Origin: Eledone cirrhosa
Lineage: Eukaryota
Reading direction: 5' to 3'
Length of the DNA: 64,000 nucleotides
NCBI GenBank assembly: GCA_964016885.1
Contig: OZ024742.1
Location: 269,266,001 to 269,330,000, forward strand
In this document: positions 28,966 through 40,297 of the stretch, in pieces
Layout of the letters: every line of letters starts with the position of its first letter
Numbering within the stretch: the stretch's first letter is position 1
Notes under the pieces: model-generated
What the model was told of the DNA's origin: nothing
The model's database searches: none
What the model saw: only the letters and a program-made list of their open reading frames with translations
Program-made: the position numbers and the translations under genes

Positions 28966-29409
28966 TAGAGTTGAGATGGGGGGGGGGGGGGTCTGTGGTT
29001 TTTCTCACATCTTGTTGGCCTCTCAATGTTACTTGTTTTATATGGAAAAAAGTGGCTCGAAACGCCAGGTTTATACAGAAGTAATTTGATTGGTTGGTCA
29101 ACAAGTATCATAAATTTCGCGCCAGTTCGCGTTACAAAGTTCTTCAAACAAGAGGGTGTGGGCTCAGGTTGATTTTTCATATATGAGTGAAGTTTGGTTG
29201 GTTGATACAGTCACGTGAATAAGCACATCACCTTTCGCGCCAGTTTGTTTGAATTTCTTTTAACTTTAAAAAAAGGGGCTCACGAAGGCCTATTTTTATA
29301 AATATACTTGGATTGGTTATAAACGAAATTATGGCTCATTAAATTTCGCGCCCGTATTTGAGAATTTATTTTGTAGCTTTTTAGAGAAGTTTATGACAAA
29401 CAAAATATA

Positions 29410-29595
29410 ATTGTTTCTAATTTAGGCACAAGGCCAGCAATTACCCAGTACATTACTGGTACTTTATTTTATCGACCACGTAAGGATGAAAGGCAAAGTT
29501 AACCTCAGCGGGATTTGAACTCAGACTGTAAAGGGATGTAACTATGCTAGAAAGCATGGCGTCCAACCCTCTACCGATACTGCCAATTCACCGCC
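29410..29595 (-). mobile_element. SINE family 1, full copy with a ~16-bp TSD
   Basis: TSD acaaacaaaa(t/g)ataat on both sides. Confidence 0.9.
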
Positions 29596-29825
29596 CTACA
29601 AACAAAAGATAATGATCAAGAGAAATTGGATGGGGGAAATTGTTCTGATTCAGTTAATATGGCAGGTTATTTTTTCATATATGAGTAAAGTTTGGTTGGT
29701 TGATCCAGTCACGTGAATAAACACAGCTTTTGCACCAGTTTATTTGAATTTCTTTTTACTTCAAAAGGGGGTTCACCAAGGCTTTTTTAAATAAAAGTAA
29801 TTTGAATATTTATAAATTAAATTAT

Positions 29826-29945
29826 ACGATCTGAGCTCAAATCCCACCGAGGTTGACTTTGTCTTTCATCCTTACGGGGTCGATAAAATAAAGTACCAGT
29901 AATGCACTGGATAATTGCTGGCCTTGTGCCTAAAGTAGAAACAAT
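29826..29945 (+). mobile_element. SINE family 1, 5'-truncated, ~14-bp TSD
   Basis: TSD ataaat(t/c)aaattat. Confidence 0.85.
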
Positions 29946-30295
29946 AAATCAAATTATGGCTGTCACGTGAACCAATTCATTAAATTTCGCGCCCGTATTT
30001 GGGAATTTATTTTGTAGCTTTTTAGAGAATTTATGACAAACAAAAGATAATGGTCAAGAGAAATGGAAGGGGGCGAATTGTTCTGTTTCAGTGAATATGG
30101 CAGGTCGTTTTCTCATATATGAGTGAAGTTTGATTGGTTGATGCAGTCATGTGAATAAGCACATCAGCTTTCGCGTCAGTTTGTTTGAATTTCTCTTTAC
30201 ATAAAAAAAATAACTGATTTAGAGCACTCAACAGATTCTGGAGTAAATATCCAATGATATTAAATAAATGGAAACTATATATATAAAACCATATT

Positions 30296-30358
30296 TATTT
30301 TATTATATATATTTGAAGAGTGCCAAAACATATTGGTACGCTTTCTTCAGATAAAATA
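30296..30358 (-). ncRNA. Degenerate hammerhead (G12 lost) in a short TA-associated PLE-end remnant; related sequence at 58440-58620
   Basis: tattttat-CTGAAGA-aag..ctt-cAAA-tatata-TA-ataaaata. Confidence 0.45.
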
Positions 30359-30426
30359 CATTTATTTTATAAATAGTCACATACCCAGGAAAATCATACC
30401 TTATCATTTGGATATTCTCTGGATAA

Positions 30427-30512
<86 letters not shown>

Positions 30513-30552
30513 TTATACAAAAATAATTTTTATAATTTTCTTATTTTACGTC

Positions 30553-30620
<68 letters not shown>

Positions 30621-30704
30621 GACGTAAAATAAGAAAATTATAAAAATTATTTTTGTATAAGTTCGCTGTGTCCACGCATTGCCTGGGAACTTAGCTGAGA
30701 ATAG

Positions 30705-30787
30705 ACTTCCTGATGACGAAAGGCCTTCTCCATGTGTTCCATTCGGAAACCATGTTTATTCCCTTTCAGAAACTAATTAGTTGGAGT
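30705..30787 (+). ncRNA. Type-I hammerhead with palindromic stem III
   Basis: acttc-CTGATGA-cgaaagg..cctttca-GAAAC-taatta-GTT-ggagt. Confidence 0.75.
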
Positions 30788-31232
30788 GAAACTTTAGTAA
30801 GTAAGTTAATTTTTATAATTTTCTTATTTTACGTCTTTCATATAATTGTTCTGCATCCCCTTGCATTGAACCACAAAGTTACTAAGAAAAACCTATATAT
30901 TTGCTAGCATAGGTATGCATCTGTATATATATGTTGGTAGATATACTAATTCTTTATAATTATCTCCAAATTATTTTGTTGAGCAAAAATTTGCCAAAAC
31001 TGCTACTATAGTTCATAGTAATAGTTTGGCTACTGTCTTCTTACACCCCACTCCTCACTGATTAACCTCGATGTCACGTGATTGATTCTTTTGAATTTGC
31101 CACCGACCAAGTAGGCAGTGATTTTTTCAATGTCTTGGAATTTAGTCCACGCTTGCTTTTTTCCATCCACTGAATTATTTGTGTATAAGTTCCCTGTGTC
31201 CACGCATTGCCTGGGAACGTAGCTGAGAATAG

Positions 31233-31315
31233 ACTTCCTGATGACGAAAGGCCTTCTCCATGTGTTCCATTCGGAAACCATGTTTATTCCCTTTCAGAAA
31301 CTAATTAGTTGGAGT
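31233..31315 (+). ncRNA. Second identical hammerhead, 528 nt downstream
   Basis: Same sequence as 30705-30787. Confidence 0.75.
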
Positions 31316-31480
31316 GAAACTTTAGTAAGTAAGTTAATTTTTATAATTTTCTTATTTTACGTATTTCATATAATTGTTCTGCATCCCCTTGCATTGCACC
31401 ACAAAGTTACTAAGACAAACCCTATATATTTGGTAGCATAGGTATGCATCTGTATATATATGTTGGTAGATATACTAATT

Positions 31481-31546
<66 letters not shown>

Positions 31547-31551
<5 letters not shown>

Positions 31552-31667
31552 AAAAAGTATGACCCGACGACAGAGCTCAAGCCGTTTCGACGACTATTTC
31601 TGGATTAGTCCAGAAACAGCCGTCGAAACGGTTTGAGATCTGCCGTCGGGGTCATACTTTTTCTTAT
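31547..31667. repeat. Imperfect foldback (~57-bp arms) next to (TA)n
   Basis: aagaaaaagtatgaccc..tgga-ttag-tcca..gggtcatactttttctt, about 5 mismatches and 1 indel. Confidence 0.85.
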
Positions 31668-31772
31668 TACCAACTCTACTACCCTAATTATTGAGTACTC
31701 TGGTGCGTTATGGTCCATGTGTTTCCTGACCACAACTCCTTCGTTTTATATATATATATTTGTTTTTTCTGT

Positions 31773-31878
<106 letters not shown>

Positions 31879-32310
31879 ATGCTTGTCGACACTTGAAATA
31901 TAGCTTAAGAGAAACTTGACAATTAAGGGGAGGCACCCAAAGTTTGAACTTGTTTATAGAATTATTTCTGCCATTGTCCCTCTAAGTAAAGCTTTAAATA
32001 ATTAGCTTTTAAAGAATTCCCCTTTCTGTAAACTCATCAACCATGACTGACCTTCCACCATCTTATAGACACCTGAAATACAGTCATTGTTAGCTTAAGA
32101 GAAACAGAAAAATAAGGAGTGGCATTCCAATTTGAACTTCTTTATAGAATTCTTTCTACCTTTGTCACTCTAAATATAAATTATAGCTTTAAAGAATTAG
32201 CTTTTAATGAATTCCCTTTTCTTTCAACCAATGACCTCCACCCATCCCACTCCCCATCCTCTCTTACCACCAGAAACTATATGAATACCACCATATTTAC
32301 TTGGACAGTC

Positions 32311-32361
32311 AGATTCCTGATGATTTCGAACAAATGAAACAGGTCTAGCCCTGTAGAATCT
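32311..32361 (+). ncRNA. Type-I hammerhead with a true stem III
   Basis: agattc-CTGATGA-tttcgaacaaat-GAAACagg-tctagc-cctGTA-gaatct. Confidence 0.75.
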
Positions 32362-32395
32362 CTTCTATATTAAAACTATATATATATATATATAT

Positions 32396-32642
32396 AGTAA
32401 TAATAATAAATTAGAAGACTAAACTCCAAATAGGGCTCGATAAGGAGAAATATATATCAAATATATAGGAACCGTAGAGTAAATATTTTTTTTAAATAAA
32501 AGATTAAAGTTTAAGCAAAGAATCGCTGCTTTCACCCTTAACGGGATCTTCTGAAACTCACAAAGATTGACTTTGTTAGTTTCAGAAGATCCCGTTAAGG
32601 GTGAAAGCGGCGATTCTTTGCTTAAACTTTAATCTGTTATTT
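32396..32642. repeat. TA-flanked foldback element (arms ~32494-32565 and 32571-32642); same family at 44350-44643 in opposite orientation
   Basis: Near-perfect inverted repeat; shared agattaaagttt..agcaaagaatcgctgctttca. Confidence 0.8.
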
Positions 32643-32644
32643 TA

Positions 32645-32679
<35 letters not shown>

Positions 32680-33635
32680 AAATGTAAACAGAAATAACAA
32701 CACAATCGGTACAGTATATGGAAGGTATATATTAGGTTAATGCTTGATATAGCAGGAAGCGAGTCTTAACGTTTCGGACGCTAGTCCTTCATCAGAAGAA
32801 AGAATGACAAATAAAATAGATCAAGGGGACGGGCGGGATGGAACTGGAAAAATATCTTTAGATAAAATTAATAGGTCCATTCAATTTGACATCTTTTGCA
32901 ATAGTATTGGTACTGGCGTTATGTGTATCATTTGTTTTTAGAAAAGTGGATGGGCGCGCGTCTACTTGAAATGGAAAAAAAACGTTTTGTAAAAAGAGCT
33001 ATAACTGACCACGTGCGTAAGCATGAGTGTGTGTGTGTGTCATTACGGGTCCGTACGAAGCTACTCATTATGGGTCCGTACGCGTCTACTTGAAATGGAA
33101 AAAAAAACGTTTTGTAAAAAGAGCTATAACTGACTATGTGCGTAAGCATGAGTGTGTGTGTGTGTCATTATGGGTCCGTACGAAGCTAAGAAAAGATATG
33201 TGTGTATATGTGAATAAAAGGGTGTGTGTGCATGTAAGTACGAAGCTATGAGCAAAGAAAAAGCGATAGGAAACCAGGGGTGTGATAATGGACGGGGTAT
33301 TAGATAAAGTGGGGAGGTGAGTTGAGTCCAAGAGGGGAATAGGACCCAAGGCGGTGAATTAGACTTTGTTCAGTCCTGGTGCGCGAGGCCTATGATCCAT
33401 GATCTAAAAGTATACCCAGGACAGAAACATGTAGGGAAGAATGACCAGGAGAACAGAAATGACGGGCGACAGGATTATCCAGACCGAGTCGTATGTCCCT
33501 CAAATGTTCGGCAAACCAATCCGCCATACGGCGTTCCGTTTGTCCGATATATAGAGACCCGCAAAGGGAACACCGGAGGGCATAGACAACGTGGGTGGGT
33601 GTGCAGATGAAGGAATGACGGATACAGAAATATTG
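32680..33635 (-). mobile_element. 3' fragment of another Neptune-like PLE (GIY-YIG domain, 3' UTR, hammerhead)
   Basis: Manual translation of 33620-33300: FICTPTHVVYALRCSLCGSLYIGQTERRMADWFAEH..PVARHF..H..GLN; ~125-bp duplication in the UTR. Confidence 0.85.
32764..32799 (-). ncRNA. Classic minimal PLE hammerhead
   Basis: tctt-CTGATGA-aggac-tagc-gtcc-GAAACGTT-aaga. Confidence 0.85.
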
Positions 33636-33639
33636 AAGT

Positions 33640-34268
33640 GTTTCACCTAATGTGGACCCTAGGCCATAAGAAAGTTGGATTTTCTTTACTTAAGGTATGA
33701 AGAAGAGACTGACTAATACGTAATTACAATTTCAAAGAAATCGATCTGTTGTAACGTCTCAAAAGTCCCTAAACATGTTAAAAAACGCAGTTTTTCACCT
33801 AATGCGGGCCCTAGGAGACAAAAAAAGCTGAATTATTGTTATTGCCTAACACTCCCTGAAACATAAGTAATACACATGTAAAGTTTGAAAAAAATCGGCT
33901 GGGTACTTCTCGAATTTTAGGGATTAAAACTCACAGACAAACACACACACACACAAACACACAGACATCATCAAGGAAGTGACGTAATGCAGACAGTCAG
34001 ACATCCAGACAGATATTATAAGGGCGCGACGTTATAAGTATGTATCTATCTAAAAAGAGAAAGACTAAGAATTATAGAGCGAGATCACTAAATCGCCTAA
34101 TGCGGTCCCTAGGGCAATGAACATTTACATTTATTTTTGCTCATAACACTCCCTGAAACATAAGTATTACATGTGTAAAGTTTGACAACAGTCGGTTGGG
34201 TGGTTCTCGAGTTTTAGGGATTCGAACTCACACACATAGACAGACACCCTCAGTTTTATATATATAGA
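33640..34268 (-). mobile_element. Helitron-like non-autonomous element
   Basis: 5' TCtatatatataaaa followed by TGTC/TG repeats; reverse-complement match to 39019-39590. Confidence 0.65.
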
Positions 34269-34309
34269 CTAGCAGAAAACAACCCGGTGGGCGGTTTTCT
34301 GCTAGGAAA

Positions 34310-34783
34310 TCTAGTGTATAAACTGATATTGTTGAGATTTGGATGAGAAATGTTTTCGGCACCATATGGTCACCGTCTCTCGGTGTGTCTTTTATGCATG
34401 TATAAATATATATGTTATCTATACGGTGAAATCTTTGAAATAAATATATGTTAAAACGAAAAAGGAGAAAAAGAGATTAGTGACGGAAATATTAACGTTA
34501 TGATACATAAACGTTATGATATAACGATGGAAATATATAAACGTTTACGATAAAACGATGGAAATATAAACGTTTATATATAATGATAAGCCGAAACACT
34601 CGTAAGCCGAAACACTCGTAAGTCGAAACATTCGTAAAGCGAAACGTATAAATAAAGATTAATGTAATGAAATTTGAAAAGCATAGAGATTTGAAACCGC
34701 GTCTATTTGTTTCCTTGGCATTTTTTACAGAGGGACAGACAGACAATCAAACAGAGAAATGCCCATTATATATTATAAATAGA
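34310..34783 (-). mobile_element. Helitron-like non-autonomous element
   Basis: 5' TCtatttataatatataa..gtctgtctgtc and 3' CTAG on the minus strand. Confidence 0.55.
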
Positions 34784-34789
34784 CTTGGC

Positions 34790-35041
34790 ATGGTGTCAAG
34801 TCAGAACCGCCTCGAACTGGTTACTTCTGGCTTGTGCAAGGTGTCTCTATAGCAACCAGCGATTCCCTCGGCCTCAGTGACCAAAGTCAGTGGAGAGGGG
34901 AAGGTAATGTTTCTATAGCGACAGTGTTTCTCTTGGTAGAAAGGAAGGGGAAGGTAATATTTCTGCAGCACCTGCATCTGAGTTTTAGGGAAGGACAGAC
35001 AGACATACAGACAGACAAACAGAGAAATGCCCATATATTTC

Positions 35042-35094
<53 letters not shown>

Positions 35095-35120
35095 CACACA
35101 CAGAAATGTATATATATTTC

Positions 35121-35154
<34 letters not shown>

Positions 35155-35572
35155 CTACACACACAGAAATGTATATATATTTCTGTGTGTATATATATAT
35201 ATTTCTGTGTGTGTATATATATATATATATTACACACACACACACACAGAAATGTATATATGTTTCTGTAGCACTCCTCAATTCCCCCCTCTCTCCCTCC
35301 CGCTATCCCCCTCTTGTAGTCTGTCTCTTTCTTTCACTCTCACTCTCTGTCTACGCGTGCGCAAAAAACATTCGCACACGCGCACGTGTTTAGCTTCTAT
35401 TCACTCTCTCTCTCTCCCTCGCTCCCCCCCGCTATCCCCCTCTCGTAGTCTGTCTCTTTCTTTCACTCTCACTCTCTGTCTACGCGTGCGCAAAAAACAT
35501 TCGCAGGCGCGCACGTGTTTCCACTGTCGGGCAGACAGACAGAGAAATTGCTGGTTATATATATAAGTAGAT
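34790..35572 (-). mobile_element. Helitron-like element with internal tandem repeats; related 5' end at 38500-38660 (+)
   Basis: TCtacttatatatataaccagcaatttctctgtctgtc start; duplicated ~125-bp CT-rich unit. Confidence 0.55.
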
Positions 35573-35596
35573 TATATTAAGCTATATTATTTATAT

Positions 35597-36395
35597 ATTG
35601 TTACACTTTGGAAGGGTCGTGGTGCCAATAAAATCTCACGCACCTTGGTTTTTCCCGTCAATCTAATATATGTTTGCGGTTGGTTGGTTGGTTGGTCACA
35701 CATTCTGTGACATCTTTATTGCCTAGGTTTGTACTTTGTGTGTGTCTCCTTTGTTCTGTCCTACACCATCTTGTTTTTAGTGTTTTCTGTTGTATGCTTA
35801 GTTTGCGCATGCGTTACATCCGTGTATATATGGGTGTGTGTGTTTATTTATTCATATTTTTTATTTATTTATCTTTTATATTTGTATGTTCCATATGTGT
35901 GCGTATGATTTGTTTTGATAGTTTGGTTTTTGTGTGTGTCTGTATGTCTTCATTTTGTCCTTAATTACTAGTTGTGTTGTTGCTATGCCTCCCATGTTTT
36001 CTGTTTAATTTTGGTTGGGGATCGTCAATATTTGCTGTCTCTGTGATTTGTCTGAGCATTGCATCTTTTATGTGTGTGGATATCATTTTTATCTTTATGT
36101 TTTCTAATGTGCCCCTATGTTCTATTTTGGCATGTTGGTGGAGTATTGATGAGTTTTCCCATCCTGGTGTTCTCGCAGTGTTCACTTATCCTTTCTCCTA
36201 TGCTACGGGGTGTTTCACCTATGCATGTTATATTCTTATTCCTACACTGTCCCTCAGTACATCTGACGCTACATACTACGTTCCTATTTTTGCAGTTAAT
36301 TTGCGGATTTAGCTTGCAGAATATGCATTTCCTATCAGCACAGGGGTATCTATGAAATGCGTATGCTTTGCTAATTAGTGTTTTTATGGGTTTCA
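35597..36395 (-). mobile_element. PLE family C relative, 3' fragment
   Basis: CIFCK..VVCSVRCTEGQC..CIGETPRSIGERISEH; 3' UTR similar to 15600-15880. Confidence 0.82.
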
Positions 36396-36482
36396 ATCGA
36401 TAACATTTTCAACTTCTTCATGCTAGAAAAATAGATGATAAAAACCACATAATAAAATTAAGGTGCATATTAATGAGGCAGT

Positions 36483-36568
36483 GAAGAAGAAGAAGAAGAA
36501 GAAGAAGAAGAAGAAGAAGAAGAAGAAGAAGAAGAAGAAGAAGAAGAAGAAGAAGAAGAAGAAGAAGA
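36483..36568. repeat. (GAA)n microsatellite
   Basis: Read directly from the sequence. Confidence 0.95.
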
Positions 36569-36649
36569 ATGTGTAGTAGTAATAACCGGAGTATAATAAA
36601 GGACGAAGGAAAGGCAGAGGTAGAAGGAGCCGACGGGGTCGTGTTGTAG

Positions 36650-36762
36650 TACTCCGCCGAGGTTAACTTTGCCTTTCATCCTTACGGGGTCGATAAAATA
36701 AAGTACCAGTAATGTACTGGGTAATTGCTGGCCTTGTGCCAATAGCAGAAACAATTATTATT
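36650..36762 (+). mobile_element. SINE family 1, 5'-truncated
   Basis: Core and 3' end followed by an attatta tail. Confidence 0.85.
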
Positions 36763-37943
36763 AGTAGTAGTAGAAGCTGTCCGAGGAACTGACCTAAAAT
36801 TGTCCTGAAGTATTAATTGTTCTAAATATATCTATCTTTCTTAATGTATCCGGCGCAAATTTTGTTTGTTATTACATTTTCCGTTTGAGTTACTTTTGGG
36901 TGCCTGTTGCGGTGTCGTCTGTGGTGGATGCATTTAAACGAGATTCATATTTTTGTGAAGAATTATTATTCTTTGCTAAGTTCACTCTTTGCGCGACAAA
37001 AGGGGTGGTGTTTGTGTGGCGGCGACATAATTTCTGCTGTTCATAGAAACATGTATTCAGTAAATGAGACCCAAACGTCCGGTTGCCACAGAGGTTAGGC
37101 GTACTAAATTCTGTTATTAAACCCCGTCCGAGAACCAGCGTAACATGACGGTGAACAGAATTACATTAATGGAGGTATGTTCTATGAAAATCAAGAGGGT
37201 TAAAAAAGTTATAAAATGTTATCAAAAGTCAATTTTCGCGTTAAATAAAGGAAGAAAAATGTATTATTAGAAATATATTATGAAAAGAAAAAAACATTAA
37301 GAGAAACAATTATGAGTAAATATATATATATATGTATATATATATATTATATATTAGCTATATTAATGCCATTTTTTCCTTAAAACAATTGACTAAGGGT
37401 AAGCAATTTAGTTCAAACTCATATGTAAGTGTTTGTTTTGTGAGAGAGAATAACAAAATCGTAGTGTGGTCCATATTTCTGAAAAAGTAAAAAAATGATA
37501 TACATGTATCGAGTATATTAATTAACTAACTAATTAATGTCAAGCTCTCTATGAATCGAAACAAATTTTGGCGCCCTGTGTGTAACTAGGGAAGACATCA
37601 GACGGCCAATCGGTGGTGCAACGCATACCATGTCATTCTTAATTACAGTAATGTTAATGATAATGTTGATAGAATTATTATAGGGGTGAATAGAAAATGC
37701 AAGTAAAATTGGAAAAATAAAAAATTGAAATATTAAAAATTAAAAATTAAAATAAAATTAAAACTTAACTACTTCAAATTAAATCAGTAGCTAATGTTGG
37801 GCCTTATGTGACGCTCAATTTTAGATTACATATGGAATATTTTACAACTATAAATGATCAAATAATATATGAAAATAGAGAAAAGTCAGATTAATGGTAA
37901 ATTTCACATTGTGTATTTTGTATATTCCTGTGTAGATATAATA

Positions 37944-38129
37944 ATTGTTTCTACTTTTGGCACAAGGCCAGCAATTAACCAGTACATTACTGGTACTTTA
38001 TTTTATCGACCCCGTAAGGATGAAAGGCAAAGTTAACCTCGGCGGGATTTGAACTCAGACCGTAAAGGGACGTAACTATGCTGGAAAGCATCCCGTCCGA
38101 CTCTCTACTGATACTGCAAGTCCACCGCC
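37944..38129 (-). mobile_element. SINE family 1, full copy with a 17-bp TSD
   Basis: TSD tgtgtaga(t/c)ataataat. Confidence 0.9.
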
Positions 38130-38689
38130 CTTGTGTAGACATAATAATACTAGATAATTATATAGAAACGTAGGCGGTGAATAAATTACGGCCGAGGGAA
38201 TAATTAAATATATAATTTATGGATAGCAAATTAGTAAAAGCTGTAGTTAAATGCAATCAATTAATGATAATAATTTATACCTAGTTGAAGCTATTAGCAT
38301 GTAGATCCTTCTGAACATGTATTATTAAAAAAATTGTATGACATATGAAGTATATTATACCCGGAACCTTATAACGTAAGGTGTACGCAGATTATATTTG
38401 AAATATAAAATGTAATAAAAACCAAAATTCAATGCAGTAAAATGAAATAAAATAAAACAAATTAAATCAAATGATATGTAACAGAATGTCTGCGATGCAA
38501 TCTCCTTATAATATATAACCAGCAATTTCTCTTTCTGTCTGTCCGACGCGTAGAGAGAGAGTGAGAGTGAAAGAAAGAGACAGACTACAAGAGGGGGATA
38601 GCGGGAGGGAGAGAGAGAGACGCTGGAAGAGGGGAAGGAAAGCTATGTCTTGCTGTCTGCATTATGATACATATATATATACACACACT

Positions 38690-38982
38690 GAGCGCGTCAT
38701 AATGACGTAATGCAGACAGCCAGATATACAGACAGATATTATAAGGGCGCAACGTTATATCTATGTATCTATCTAAAAAGAAAGACTAAGAATTATATAG
38801 AGAGAACGCTAAATCGCTTAATGCGGTCCCTAGGGCATTGCAAATTTGAAATAATTTTTGCTCATAACACTCACAGGGCCATAAGTATTACATGTCTAAA
38901 GTTTGAAAACAATCGGTTGGATGGTTCTCAAGTTTTAGTGAGCTGACAGACAGCCAGACATTCTCTGTTTTAGATATATAGA
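38690..38982 (-). mobile_element. Helitron-like element 5' part, head-to-head with the next copy
   Basis: Aligns with 33980-34268. Confidence 0.62.
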
Positions 38983-39018
38983 CTAGCAGAAAACAGCCCT
39001 CGGCTGGTTTTCTGCTCG

Positions 39019-39820
39019 TCTATATATATAAAACTGAGGATGTCTGTCTGTGTGTATGTGAGTTTGAATCCCTAAAACTCGAGAACTAACCAACGGACTG
39101 TTTTCAAACTTTACACATGTAATAATTATGTTTCAATACCATACGGAACGCGTTAGGTGATTTAGCGATCTCTCTCTATAATTCTTAGTCTTACTCTTTT
39201 TAGATAGATACAAACATATATCGTCGCGCCCTTATAATATATGTCTGTATGTCTGACTCTCTGCAGTACGTCACTTCCCTGAGGATGTCTGTCTGTGTGT
39301 GTGTGTCTGTGAGTTTGAATCCCTAAAACCCGAGAAGTACCCAACTGATTCTTTTCAAACTTTACATGAGTATTCCTTATGTATCGGGGAGTGTTATGCA
39401 CATAAAATAATTCCACTTTTTGTCTCTCCTAGGTGAAAAACTGCCTTTTTAAAACATTTTTAGGGGATTTGAGGCGTTACGTCAGACCGATTTCCTTGAA
39501 ATTGTAACTATGTATTAGTCAGTCACTTCTTCATACCGTAAGCAAAGAAAATCCAACTTTCTTATGGCATTAGGTGAAAAGTTTCATTTGTTCAGCTTCT
39601 TAGAATTTTTGGAGGCGTTACGTCTAGCCAATTTCTCCCGAAATTTCAAGGCATAAAAGATAATTCATTTTCTTGATCCCCTAGGGCCTTAGATGAAAAC
39701 CTGCATTTTTCCTGCTTCATCGAGGAAAATCTTAAAGATTAACCAGCCATCAGAGTGTTCGATTTATTTTCTTTGTATTACTGCTAGTATTCAATATAAT
39801 TTTTCTTTACCACTGCTAGT
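39019..39820 (+). mobile_element. Helitron-like non-autonomous element
   Basis: 5' TCtatatatataaaac; internal duplication; ctgctagt 3' motif twice (~39781 and ~39813). Confidence 0.65.
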
Positions 39821-40112
39821 ATCCAATATAAATACATGATAAGCACTCAACTGTAATGGTAAAACTCAATCAGCACAATATATAGAAGGTCAAATAGGAA
39901 AAGAAGGAATCATGCGGATGCATCAAACACTTTAAAGAGTCCGTCAAAAATCTCATTAATTCACGAGGATACTGTGAGTCGTGTACTGTATAGCCCGAGA
40001 TTTGAGGTAGATTAAGATTCAGCAAGTAGCCCTAGTCTGAGGTAGTAGACCTTCTATATTGGTGTTAAAGCCTTTGTTCTCAATTACATCACATAAACTA
40101 GCCATTTAAATT

Positions 40113-40193
40113 TGTGTGTGTGTTTTGCAACGGGTCACTTTGTGGCTCAATGAAGAGTTAATAAATTAAATTATCAAAGTGACCCGTTGCAAA

Positions 40194-40204
<11 letters not shown>
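40113..40204. repeat. Short inverted repeat (~30-bp arms)
   Basis: tgtgttttgcaacgggtcactttg .. caaagtgacccgttgcaaaacaca. Confidence 0.85.
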
Positions 40205-40266
<62 letters not shown>

Positions 40267-40297
40267 GAGATCAAAAGATGGTTAAATGAGTTCCATG

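Larger units (their letters stand above)
28800..30205 (-). mobile_element. Second copy of the Neptune-like 3' terminal region with tandem subrepeats, interrupted by two SINEs
   Basis: 28870-29400 aligns with 24055-24600; subunit repeated near 29170, 29660 and 30105. Confidence 0.8.
30615..31487 (+). mobile_element. Non-coding tandem-hammerhead element (retrozyme-like / non-autonomous PLE), 528-bp period
   Basis: ~305-bp direct repeats (30653-30957 and 31181-31487), each with an HHR; short inverted piece at 30615-30650; TA flanks; no convincing ORF. Confidence 0.78.

Noticed and set aside
34500-34650. Short repeated aaacg/ccgaaacactcgtaag units that superficially resemble a CRISPR array
   Set aside because: No unique spacers or cas genes, and a eukaryotic context; this is a minisatellite inside a Helitron-like element.
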